A stretch of DNA of 64,000 nucleotides from positions 23 to 64,022 of the forward strand of contig WGNT01000054.1 of NCBI GenBank assembly GCA_016124425.1, written 5' to 3'. Origin of the DNA: Cytophagales bacterium. Its GTDB lineage: Bacteria > Bacteroidota > Bacteroidia > Cytophagales > Cyclobacteriaceae. Positions 9,991-18,803 of the stretch are shown here, one piece after another (the stretch's first letter is position 1; the number at the start of each line of letters is the position of its first letter). The notes below the pieces were generated by a model, which searched no databases, was not told where the DNA came from, and saw only the letters and a list, made by a program, of their open reading frames with translations. The position numbers and the translations under genes are program-made.

Positions 9991-11089
9991 GGGAATTAAT
10001 TAATTCTTCCAGATCAATATAATGTCTTCCTGATTCCACCGGATGATTTAATAAAATCATTCTGCAATAATGACAGCAAGCAGCCCCTCCCATAAGGACG
10101 GAGGAAGCCAATTGAGGCCATGTTGTTATGGTTTTACCTATTTCAGAAAAACTTAGTTTCACCCGGTCGGACAGGTTTTCATATTGTAACAAACTCATCA
10201 TTATTTCTCTTGACCTTTCTGGCAATTGATCGAGTAACCGGCTTTCATCGCCAAATTTCTCCAAAAGCCCATGAAAGATCGGCCTGTCCCCATGCTCATC
10301 AAACCGCTCAATATCCATCATCCCCCTGTCGCTGGTATCCATCAAAACCGGAATCCCCAAAGCCTTCGCCTTTACTCTACTCGATATTTTGATGGACAGG
10401 CTGTCGCATTCCTCAACCAGAACGTCTAATAGTCCCCCCAAGGTAAAAAAATCATGCATATTTTGTTCATTTATTCCTTCATTAAATAGAGTAACTTTCA
10501 AATACGGATCTATTTCAGCTATTTCGCGCGCTACTAATACTGTTTTTTCAATACCCAAATTGTACAGTCCGGTTCTGATCCGATTGACATTACTTAGATC
10601 TAGCGTGTCGAAATCCGCAATGCGAAGTTCACCAAAGCACCGCTCCATTGCCAAACTGAGCGCAACACTTTGGCCTACCGAAAGACCTATCACCCCGATC
10701 TTTTTTTTTGAAAGAATCTTTTGTTCCTCTGGCGTTATCTTAAATTTATTGCGGGCTGTTCTTACACAAATAAATTCTTCTTCTTCAAGAACCCGAATAA
10801 GGGTTCTCCTCCACGGATAGAAAATCCAGTTTCCGACTTCATCAGGATCAAGGTTTTTTTCAATGTAGTAGCTGTTTACCTTATCCTCCATTAGGCTTTC
10901 AGACATTTGGAGGGAAGGGTTGGTTATTTTCAAAAACTCCCTGATCTGAGTCGACATGGTATCGAACACCTGTACGCGAGGATCATGTTGGATTTCTCGG
11001 ATAGTTTTTGCATCCTCTGCGTTCCTAGGTGATAAAATTGAAGGCCTACTTTCTTTTGTCAACTCAGCTCCATTTTTAGCGTCGTTCAT
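9974..11089 (-). CDS. ThiF/E1-like adenylyltransferase of the MoeY/Rv1355c type, without C-terminal nitroreductase domain
   Basis: W..YPWRR, RT.RN..KIT.EEQ, GVIGLSVG, ADFD.L..SN.NR, VEECD, M.TSDRG..D.ERFD and TWPQLAS motifs; 371 aa. Confidence 0.88.
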   Translation of the reverse strand: MNDAKNGAELTKESRPSILSPRNAEDAKTIREIQHDPRVQVFDTMSTQIREFLKITNPSLQMSESLMEDKVNSYYIEKNLDPDEVGNWIFYPWRRTLIRVLEEEEFICVRTARNKFKITPEEQKILSKKKIGVIGLSVGQSVALSLAMERCFGELRIADFDTLDLSNVNRIRTGLYNLGIEKTVLVAREIAEIDPYLKVTLFNEGINEQNMHDFFTLGGLLDVLVEECDSLSIKISSRVKAKALGIPVLMDTSDRGMMDIERFDEHGDRPIFHGLLEKFGDESRLLDQLPERSREIMMSLLQYENLSDRVKLSFSEIGKTITTWPQLASSVLMGGAACCHYCRMILLNHPVESGRHYIDLEELINSHEGKS

Positions 11090-11342
11090 GCGATTGCGAG
11101 TAATACGGGTGATCTCAGTAGTAAAGTTATATTTTTGTCTCCATAAAATCGGGACAATTCAGAAAATATATTCTTTTTTTTTTACAAATTCAGTTTTTAT
11201 AGTGATTTTTAAATTAAACTTCGGAAGTTAAGGCTGACAGTTTTCTTCATTACGAAATATAAAAAATTGAATTAACAGATAAACATTGATTTTTTCACCT
11301 TTTGAACTTTATAATTTAAATGCTTATAACGATATTTATCGC

Positions 11343-11807
11343 ATGGAGAGAGACAAGATTAGGGTGCTGTACGTAGATGATGAGGTTAATAACCTCCAAG
11401 CCTTCAAGGCGACCTTTAGGAGAGACTACAAGATCTTTTTGGCCGAATCGGCTAAAGATGGACGAGAGCTGCTGCTAAATGAGGAAATCGACATCATCAT
11501 TACAGATCAACGTATGCCAGAAGAGAATGGCGTAGATTTTCTAAAATCAATAATTCCTTTGCACCCCGAGCCTATGCGCATTTTGCTTACGGGGTACACG
11601 GATGTGCAGGCAGTAATAGACGCCATCAATAAGGGAAAAGTGTATCATTACCTTACAAAGCCGTGGGAAGAAGATTATCTTCGGACAGTGGTCAAAAATG
11701 CGTTTGAGGTATTGTCACTACGAAAGGAAAATAAACAACTTACGGAAAGTCTCATTAAAGCCAATGATCAGCTGGAATTCCTACTTCGTCAAAATCTTTT
11801 ATCGTAG
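11343..11807 (+). CDS. Stand-alone response regulator (REC plus short coiled-coil tail, no DNA-binding domain)
   Basis: YVDDE, TDQRMP, LLTGY.D and KPW motifs. ATG at 11343 chosen because the REC fold starts there. Confidence 0.92.
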   Translation: MERDKIRVLYVDDEVNNLQAFKATFRRDYKIFLAESAKDGRELLLNEEIDIIITDQRMPEENGVDFLKSIIPLHPEPMRILLTGYTDVQAVIDAINKGKVYHYLTKPWEEDYLRTVVKNAFEVLSLRKENKQLTESLIKANDQLEFLLRQNLLS

Positions 11808-11820
11808 GCATTGAAAACAG

Positions 11821-13041
11821 TTAATACCTTGCCGCAATCAGCAACTGCAATTCCTTATGCGGCATCATGAATTTTCTGGCCAAATGTGCATTGGTCAGAC
11901 TGCCTCTGTAAGTATACACCCCTTTCATAAACCACTTATAATTAAAAATCATCTCTTCCGCACCTCCCAGGTCCGCCATTTGAAGTAAAATTGGCGTAAA
12001 TATGTTACTAAACGAAAAAGAAGCTGTCCTCGATACTCTAGAAGCAATATTGGGAACGCCATAGTGAATCACACCGTGCTTGCTAAATACCGGCTCCTCG
12101 TGGGTCGTTCGCTCAATAGTCTCGACACACCCGCCTTGGTCAATGCTTACATCGATGATAATGCTACCCTCCATCATGTTAGCGACCATCTCTTCCGTTA
12201 CAACCATTTTAGCTTGGCCTCGCTCCGCACGAAGCGCCCCTATCACGACATCTGCCTCTTTGATTGCTTGTGAAAGCGTGTAATTATCTATTGTGGATGT
12301 AAACACTTGCTGACCCAGCAGCTGTTTGATCCGACGTAGTTTATACAGTTGATTATCAAATATTTTAATATTGGCGCCCAATCCCAGTGCAGTTCTTGCA
12401 GCATATTCCGCGACTGTTCCCGCGCCTATGATGACCACTTGGGTGGGTGGTACACCGGTGACACCTCCGAGAATAAGGCCCTTGCCATTGCTGACACTAC
12501 TCAGATACTCAGCCGCAATAAGCATAACCGTACTTCCCGCAATTTCACTCATGGCTCTGACTACCGGCATCCCGCCGACTTTATCCTCCAAATGCTCAAA
12601 AGCAACGGCAGTTATTTTTTTTTGGTTTAGGCCATGGATAAAATCAGCCCGTTGATCTCCAAGCTGCAAAGCCGACAGCAAACAAGCCCCTTGCCGCATG
12701 TATGTGATTTCCTCTAACGTAGGTGGCTCTACTTTTAAAACCACTTCCACATCAAAAGCTTCCTTTGAAGAATAAACTATCCGGGCACCGGCATCCAAGT
12801 ACTGTTGATCTGTAAATTTCGACGCCAGCCCGGCTTCAGACTCAACAAGCACTTGCTGCCCATTATTGATCAAAACGCCAACTGCTTCGGGGGTCAGGAC
12901 AACACGCTTTTCATGGGTGTCTTTTTCCTTAGGAATCCCGACCAAAACAATATTTTTGGCTTTTTTTACACGAAGCGATGACTCTTTGGTTATTGCTGCA
13001 GATTGGGGTGCTATATCAGTTAATTCCGTCTGAACCTCCAT
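11821..13041 (-). CDS. ald: Alanine dehydrogenase (AlaDH/PNT family)
   Basis: GIPKE...E.RV.LTP, KVEPP, MSEIAG, IIGAG, DVSIDQGGC.ET and HYGVPNI motifs. Confidence 0.9.
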   Translation of the reverse strand: MEVQTELTDIAPQSAAITKESSLRVKKAKNIVLVGIPKEKDTHEKRVVLTPEAVGVLINNGQQVLVESEAGLASKFTDQQYLDAGARIVYSSKEAFDVEVVLKVEPPTLEEITYMRQGACLLSALQLGDQRADFIHGLNQKKITAVAFEHLEDKVGGMPVVRAMSEIAGSTVMLIAAEYLSSVSNGKGLILGGVTGVPPTQVVIIGAGTVAEYAARTALGLGANIKIFDNQLYKLRRIKQLLGQQVFTSTIDNYTLSQAIKEADVVIGALRAERGQAKMVVTEEMVANMMEGSIIIDVSIDQGGCVETIERTTHEEPVFSKHGVIHYGVPNIASRVSRTASFSFSNIFTPILLQMADLGGAEEMIFNYKWFMKGVYTYRGSLTNAHLARKFMMPHKELQLLIAARY

Positions 13042-13465
13042 TTGTTGATTTAGTTATGCATATCTGTCTTTGGCTACGGTCGACTTCCTTGATGGATATG
13101 TTCATTAACGCTTCCGGTAGTAATCCATGAACTTTTTCAGGCCATTCAATCCAGCAGTAATTTCCACTTTCCAAGTATTCATGAAACCCCATGTCTACCG
13201 CTTCCATGGGATCTTCAATCCGATAAAAGTCAAAATGGTAAAAGATATTGCCTTTGGAATCCGCGTATTCGTTAACTAAACCATAGCTCGGGCTGTTTAC
13301 TAGATCAACCACGCCCATTTCTGAGGCAATGGCTTTTATCAAAGTAGTCTTCCCCGCTCCCATGGCTCCCTTAAAAACCCATACCTTGGAATGCTTGCAT
13401 AAATTTATCACTAATTTGGCACATTCCGAAATCTCGTCAAGGTGGTTACACTCGATTTTTTCCAA
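13016..13465 (-). CDS. tsaE: tRNA t6A biosynthesis ATPase TsaE (TTG start inferred)
   Basis: G.MGAGKTT, V.SPSY.LVNEY, YHFDFYRI and IEWPE motifs; lies directly after porX. Confidence 0.96.
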   Translation of the reverse strand: MEKIECNHLDEISECAKLVINLCKHSKVWVFKGAMGAGKTTLIKAIASEMGVVDLVNSPSYGLVNEYADSKGNIFYHFDFYRIEDPMEAVDMGFHEYLESGNYCWIEWPEKVHGLLPEALMNISIKEVDRSQRQICITKSTNGGSDGIN

Positions 13466-13469
13466 TACA

Positions 13470-15026
13470 TTATTTTTTTGGCACCATATGTATGATCGGA
13501 ACAATTATCTCCTCCAATGATACGCCGCCGTGCTGGAAAGTGTCCTTATAGTAGTTGACGTAGTAGTTGTAATTGTTCGGGTATGCAAAGAAATAATCTT
13601 CTACCGCAAAAACATAGCTCGTTGAGATATTAAATTTTGGCAGTTTTGCCAATTCGGGTTTGTTGATCTCAAATACCTTCCCAGACTCAAAATTCAGGTT
13701 TTTCCCCTGCTTGTAGCGGAGGTTAGTGGTGACGTTCCGGTCACCTATTATCTTATAGGGCCTATTGACCCTTTTGGTACCGTGGTCAGTGGTGACAATC
13801 ACTTCAGCACCCGCTTCACTTATCCTTTTAAACAATTCATACAAAGAGGAATGTAGAAACCAGCTATTTGTCAACGAACGGTATGCAGATTCGTTGGGAG
13901 CCAATTCCCGAATCATCTTCATATCGGTACGGGCATGGGACATCATATCCACAAAATTGTAGACCAACACATTAAGGTCATTCTTCAATAGGTTAGAAAA
14001 CTGCTCCAGCACGGCCTTGCCCTGGCTGACCTGCAAAATCTTGTGGTAACTTGCCTTAATAGCTAGGCGGTTCTTTTTTAGATTAAGCTGAAGAAACTCT
14101 TCTTCTTTGTTGTTTTTCCCCTCATCGGTGTCTTCGCCTTCCCATAGGTCAGGATGAAGGCGAGCCATCTCGGAAGGCATCATGCCGCTAAAAAGCGCAT
14201 TTCTCGAAAACGCGGTGGTTGTAGGGAGTATGCTAAAATAGGTGCCATCGTTTTCCACTACAAAATAGTCACTAAGTAGCGGCTCTATCGTTTCCCATTG
14301 ATCAAGCCTTAAATTATCAATAACCACGAAAAACAACGGCTTTCCTTGCTTGAGTTTTGGAAAGACCATTTCTTTCATGACCTGATGCGATAAAGTTGGC
14401 CGCTTTATGTTGGGCTCATTCAGCCAGTCCAAATAATTCTCCTTAATGAACTTTGCAAAGTTGGCATTCGCCTCTACCTTCTGGGTTTCAAGTACTTCCT
14501 GCATACTCTTATTCTCGGTGTCATCGATCTCAAGCTCCCAATAGGTCAGCTTCTTGTAAATCTCCGTCCATTCATCATGATCGATGGCATCATTGTAGGC
14601 CATACTTATATTTCTGAAGTCCTGTTGATAAGACAGGTTGGTTTTCTCACTGATCAGTTGCTTATTCTGTAGGATCTTTTTAACTGATAGCAGTATTTGG
14701 TTGGGATTGATTGGCTTGATCAGGTAATCCGCTATCTTGGCACCTATAGCATCATTCATGATATGCTCTTCCTCGCTTTTGGTAATCATGACGACGGGGA
14801 CCTGTGGCTTTAGGATTTTTATCTGCTGTAAGGTCTCTAAGCCTGTCATTCCGGGCATCATTTCATCAAGAAAGATGATGTCAAAGTTTTGTTCCTCTAC
14901 CTTCTCAACGGCATCTAGGCCACTGTTTACCGTGACGATATCGTACCCTTTTTGCTGAAGAAAGAGGATGTGGGGCTTTAAAAGATCGATTTCATCATCA
15001 GCCCAAAGTATATTGAATTTTTGCAT
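13470..15026 (-). CDS. porX: PorX-type response regulator (REC plus PglZ/alkaline phosphatase domain)
   Basis: ILWADDEIDLLKPHI.FL, IDNLR.DQW, SILPT.T..SRN, TTDHGT and YKDTFQHGGVS motifs; adjacent to tsaE. Confidence 0.95.
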   Translation of the reverse strand: MQKFNILWADDEIDLLKPHILFLQQKGYDIVTVNSGLDAVEKVEEQNFDIIFLDEMMPGMTGLETLQQIKILKPQVPVVMITKSEEEHIMNDAIGAKIADYLIKPINPNQILLSVKKILQNKQLISEKTNLSYQQDFRNISMAYNDAIDHDEWTEIYKKLTYWELEIDDTENKSMQEVLETQKVEANANFAKFIKENYLDWLNEPNIKRPTLSHQVMKEMVFPKLKQGKPLFFVVIDNLRLDQWETIEPLLSDYFVVENDGTYFSILPTTTAFSRNALFSGMMPSEMARLHPDLWEGEDTDEGKNNKEEEFLQLNLKKNRLAIKASYHKILQVSQGKAVLEQFSNLLKNDLNVLVYNFVDMMSHARTDMKMIRELAPNESAYRSLTNSWFLHSSLYELFKRISEAGAEVIVTTDHGTKRVNRPYKIIGDRNVTTNLRYKQGKNLNFESGKVFEINKPELAKLPKFNISTSYVFAVEDYFFAYPNNYNYYVNYYKDTFQHGGVSLEEIIVPIIHMVPKK

Positions 15027-15095
15027 GTCTTGAAAGTTAGTACTTTTAAATTTAATAATTACTTTTGGTCGCTTACTATAAACCAACCAGGCCAA

Positions 15096-16325
15096 TTGAA
15101 AAGCCATAAAATTATAAATGACCCGGTATACGGATTTATTACCATTCCAAGTGAATTGATATTTGCCATCATTGACCACCCTTATTTCCAACGGTTACGC
15201 AGAATCAAACAACTAGGTTTAACTGACTATGTATATCCCGGAGCGTTGCATACCCGGTTTCATCATGCTATTGGCGCCATGCACCTGATGAGTGTCACCC
15301 TGGATCACCTTCGCAACAAGGGAATAGAAATTGACGATGTAGAATATGAGGCTGCACTCATTGCCATCTTGCTACACGACATTGGCCATGGCCCATTTTC
15401 CCATGCGCTGGAATTCAGCCTGTTGAGCGATGTGTCTCACGAATCCCTTTCCAAATTGTTTATGATAGCACTAAATAAGCAATTTGGCAGCCAACTTGAC
15501 CTAGCTTTGCGGATTTTTAACGGATATTATGAAAGAAGTTTTTTTCATCAACTGGTCAGTAGCCAACTAGACATAGACAGGTTGGACTATTTGCAACGCG
15601 ATTGTTTTTTTACTGGCGTATCTGAAGGCACAATAGGTGCAGATAGAATTATCAAAATGATGCACGTAAAAGACGATAACCTAGTAATAGAAGAGAAAGG
15701 CATCTATAGCATTGAAAATTTTTTAAGTGCCAGAAGACTGATGTATTGGCAGGTATACTTGCATAAAACGACAGTAAGCGCGGAAAAAATGTTGATCAGT
15801 CTTATTGATAGGGCAAAATACCTGCAACAATCAGGATTTGACCTGCCGGGAACGGATGCCTTGCGTTTTTTCCTGACCAATACTATTGGCCTGGAGGATT
15901 TTGAAAGGGATACAGAGATACTAAACCAGTTTGCAGAATTGGATGATTATGACATCTGGGGCGGGCTAAAGCTATGGCGAAAGGAGGGGGATTATGTTTT
16001 GAAGAACATCGCTGACATGTTTCTGACCCGGAACCTTTTCAAAATAACCCTCTCTAACGATCCCTTCTCGTCCTCCGAACTGCTCCGCCTCAGACAAGAG
16101 ACACAAAAAGACCTTTCTGTTCCCGCTGCTGATGTAGCCTATTTCTTCTCTTCGGGTTGCATTAGCAACCACGCCTATACCGCCACGAAAACGATCTATG
16201 TATTGACAAAAACGGGAGAAGTGATAGATGTAGCCAAAGCAGCAGATCTACCTAACATCACCGCAATGAGTAAAATAGTAAAAAAATACTACGCTTGTCG
16301 GGCTAAAGATTTAACTTTACATTAA
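15096..16325 (+). CDS. HD-domain phosphohydrolase (SAMHD1/YwfO-like dNTPase family); TTG start inferred
   Basis: KIINDPVYG, FQRLRRIKQLG, HTRFHH..G, LLHDIGHGPFSH, D.DR.DY..RD and MYWQVY.HKT motifs. Confidence 0.93.
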   Translation: MKSHKIINDPVYGFITIPSELIFAIIDHPYFQRLRRIKQLGLTDYVYPGALHTRFHHAIGAMHLMSVTLDHLRNKGIEIDDVEYEAALIAILLHDIGHGPFSHALEFSLLSDVSHESLSKLFMIALNKQFGSQLDLALRIFNGYYERSFFHQLVSSQLDIDRLDYLQRDCFFTGVSEGTIGADRIIKMMHVKDDNLVIEEKGIYSIENFLSARRLMYWQVYLHKTTVSAEKMLISLIDRAKYLQQSGFDLPGTDALRFFLTNTIGLEDFERDTEILNQFAELDDYDIWGGLKLWRKEGDYVLKNIADMFLTRNLFKITLSNDPFSSSELLRLRQETQKDLSVPAADVAYFFSSGCISNHAYTATKTIYVLTKTGEVIDVAKAADLPNITAMSKIVKKYYACRAKDLTLH

Positions 16326-16340
16326 ATTAATTTTAAGTTT

Positions 16341-17363
16341 ATGGAATTTACCATTAGCCAAATAGCTCATCTTTTAAATGGAGAGGTCGAAGGGGATGGT
16401 TTTCAAAGAGTAAATAGATTGGACAAGATACAAGATGGGATGCCCGGTGGGATAACTTTTCTGTCAAATTTAAAATACGAACCCTACATTTATCAAACGA
16501 AGTCCTCGGCGGTAATTGTTTCCAAAAATTTCGTTCCTTCAAAACCTGTCGCTACTACGCTAATCAGGGTAAAAGATGCGTACACCGGATTTACACAGCT
16601 GTTGGAGGCGGTGGAGAAAATAGGGAAAAACCAGCTTAACGGAACGGAAGAGCCGGCATATATGGATTCCAGTAGCAGCATGGACGTTGATGGCTACAGA
16701 GGCGCTTTTTCTTATATTGGCAAAAACTGCAAAATCGGTAAAAACGTAAAGATATATCCGCATGTATTCATCGGAGATGATGTCGTAATCGGGGATCACT
16801 GCACGTTATACGCGGGAGTCAAAATTATGAAAAAGACTCAGATCGGAAGTTATTGTGAGTTTCACCCTGGTGCTGTGATCGGTTCAGACGGTTTCGGATT
16901 TGCCCCACAAGAAGACGGTACTTATAAAAACATTCCTCAGCTTGGAAATGTCGTGATAGATGACTATGTCAGTATTGGTGCCAACAGTACCGTTGATTGT
17001 GCCACTATTGGCTCTACACGCATCGGAAGAGGGGTGAAAATCGACAATCAAGTCCAGATAGCCCACAATGTTGTGATCGGTGACAACACGGTACTTGCCT
17101 CTCAATCAGGAATTGCAGGATCCACAGTTGTCGGCAAGAATTGTGTTTTTGGGGGTAAAACGGCCGCGGTAGGTCATATCAACATCGCAGATAATACAAC
17201 TGTGGCAGGCAGCACCGGGATCATGAAGTCAGTAACCACCCCAGGACAAACCTTTCTGGGATTTATTGGCTTTGATATCAAAGACTTTTTAAAATCTTAC
17301 GCCATTTTCAAAAAATTGCCCCAACTTCAAAACAAATTAAAAGAACTGGAAAAAAAACAATAA
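16341..17363 (+). CDS. lpxD: UDP-3-O-(3-hydroxyacyl)glucosamine N-acyltransferase
   Basis: Hexapeptide repeats, IGSDGFGFAP, IPQLGNV, KIDNQVQIAHNV. Confidence 0.97.
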   Translation: MEFTISQIAHLLNGEVEGDGFQRVNRLDKIQDGMPGGITFLSNLKYEPYIYQTKSSAVIVSKNFVPSKPVATTLIRVKDAYTGFTQLLEAVEKIGKNQLNGTEEPAYMDSSSSMDVDGYRGAFSYIGKNCKIGKNVKIYPHVFIGDDVVIGDHCTLYAGVKIMKKTQIGSYCEFHPGAVIGSDGFGFAPQEDGTYKNIPQLGNVVIDDYVSIGANSTVDCATIGSTRIGRGVKIDNQVQIAHNVVIGDNTVLASQSGIAGSTVVGKNCVFGGKTAAVGHINIADNTTVAGSTGIMKSVTTPGQTFLGFIGFDIKDFLKSYAIFKKLPQLQNKLKELEKKQ

Positions 17364-17368
17364 ATTTG
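17361..17368 (+). promoter_or_regulatory. Possible internal -7 promoter (TAAATTTG) for lpxC-fabZ
   Basis: TAnnTTTG overlapping the lpxD stop, 40 bp upstream of the lpxC ATG. Confidence 0.4.
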
Positions 17369-17408
17369 TGCCGTAAAATAGAATCCTCGCGTCTCTGAAA
17401 AAATATTA

Positions 17409-18803
17409 ATGAAAGTAAAGCAACATACCATCGGAAAGCAGGTTACACTGTCTGGTGTCGGCCTACATACCGGTGTAGAAGCCACTATGACCTTTGTTCC
17501 TGCCAAACCGAATCATGGCTACAAATTTCAACGAATGGATTTGGAAGGGTATCCCATAGTGGATGCGGATGTAGACAACGTTGTGGATGTTTCGAGGGGA
17601 ACAACGCTGGAGCAAGGAGGAGCGAGGGTATTCACGGTCGAACATGTGTTGGCCGCCCTAGTGGGTATGGAGATAGACAATGTGCTGATTCAGCTTAACG
17701 GACCGGAACCTCCGATTATGGATGGCAGTAGTATACAGTTCATTCAAATCCTGGAAGAAGCTGGGTTGGAAGAGCAAAATGCATTGCGCCGCTTTTTTGA
17801 AATTCCCGAAAGTATCCATTACCGTGACACCGAACGGGAAGTTGAAATGGCTGCCTTGCCTCTTGACGATTTTCGGGTGACGGTAATGGTGGACTATAAT
17901 TCGCCGGTACTTGGAAGCCAACATGCCTCCATCACAGATATCAGTCATTTCAAACAGGAAATTGCTTCATGCCGCACCTTTTGCTTTTTGCATGAACTTG
18001 AGATGCTTTACAACCAAAACCTGATCAAAGGTGGGGATCTTAACAATGCCATCGTCGTGGTAGACCGTGCTGTCAAAGAAGAAGAGCTTACCCATTTGGC
18101 AAAAATGTTCAACAAGCCAAAGGTCGAAGTAAGAAAAGAAGGAATACTAAACAATGTGGAGCTTAGGTATAAAAATGAACCCGCACGCCACAAGCTACTA
18201 GATGTCATCGGAGATTTGGCCTTGGTGGGACGCCCCTTAAAAGCCCAGATTTTGGCTGCCCGACCGGGACATGCCGCGAATGTCGCCTTTGCAAAAAAAA
18301 TAAAGCGGATTATGGAAAAAGCAGGCCCCATGCACATCCCATATTATGACCCCAAATTGCCGCCGGTATTGGACATTAACCAAATCAGCAATATCCTGCC
18401 CCACAGATATCCCTTTCAGCTACTTGATAAGATCATTTACTTAGATGAAACGGTTGTTGCAGGCGTGAAAAATGTCACCATTAATGAGCCGTTCTTTTTA
18501 GGACATTTTCCAAATAATCCCGTAATGCCAGGGGTATTACAGGTAGAAGCTATGGCACAAACTGGTGGTATTCTGGTTCTAAGTACAGTCGAAGATCCAG
18601 AAAATTATTGGACGTATTTCCTGAGTATTGAAAACTGCAAGTTCAGGAAAATGGTACTCCCCGGAGATACACTGATTTTTAAGTGTGAGCTTTTAAATCC
18701 AATTAGAAGAGGTATTGCCAAAATGAAGGGAGAGGCCTTTGTAGGAAATACCCTCGTTTGTGAGGCAGTGATGACTGCAAGTATAGTAAGAAAAGACGCA
18801 TGA
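17409..18803 (+). CDS. lpxC: Bifunctional LpxC deacetylase / FabZ dehydratase
   Basis: GVGLHTG, TVEH, EPPIMDGS and RHKLLD (LpxC); LPHRYPF and GHFP..PVMPGVL..EAMAQ (FabZ). Confidence 0.97.
   Translation: MKVKQHTIGKQVTLSGVGLHTGVEATMTFVPAKPNHGYKFQRMDLEGYPIVDADVDNVVDVSRGTTLEQGGARVFTVEHVLAALVGMEIDNVLIQLNGPEPPIMDGSSIQFIQILEEAGLEEQNALRRFFEIPESIHYRDTEREVEMAALPLDDFRVTVMVDYNSPVLGSQHASITDISHFKQEIASCRTFCFLHELEMLYNQNLIKGGDLNNAIVVVDRAVKEEELTHLAKMFNKPKVEVRKEGILNNVELRYKNEPARHKLLDVIGDLALVGRPLKAQILAARPGHAANVAFAKKIKRIMEKAGPMHIPYYDPKLPPVLDINQISNILPHRYPFQLLDKIIYLDETVVAGVKNVTINEPFFLGHFPNNPVMPGVLQVEAMAQTGGILVLSTVEDPENYWTYFLSIENCKFRKMVLPGDTLIFKCELLNPIRRGIAKMKGEAFVGNTLVCEAVMTASIVRKDA

Noticed and set aside
9974-11089. 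ThiF protein as MoeB/ThiF cofactor enzyme, ubiquitin-like defence E1, or microcin C MccB
   Set aside because: No C-terminal CxxC zinc motifs, and no sulfur-carrier, E2/JAB, cyclase or precursor-peptide gene is visible nearby. The motifs fit the MoeY/Rv1355c type.
13470-15026. PglZ domain as evidence of a BREX defence system
   Set aside because: It is the REC-PglZ protein PorX in its usual tsaE context; no brx or pgl genes are present.
15096-16325. HD dNTPase-like protein as anti-phage defence
   Set aside because: It sits in the conserved Bacteroidota porX / HD / lpxD housekeeping context.
17409-18803. LpxC-FabZ fusion as a novelty
   Set aside because: This fusion is standard in Bacteroidota.
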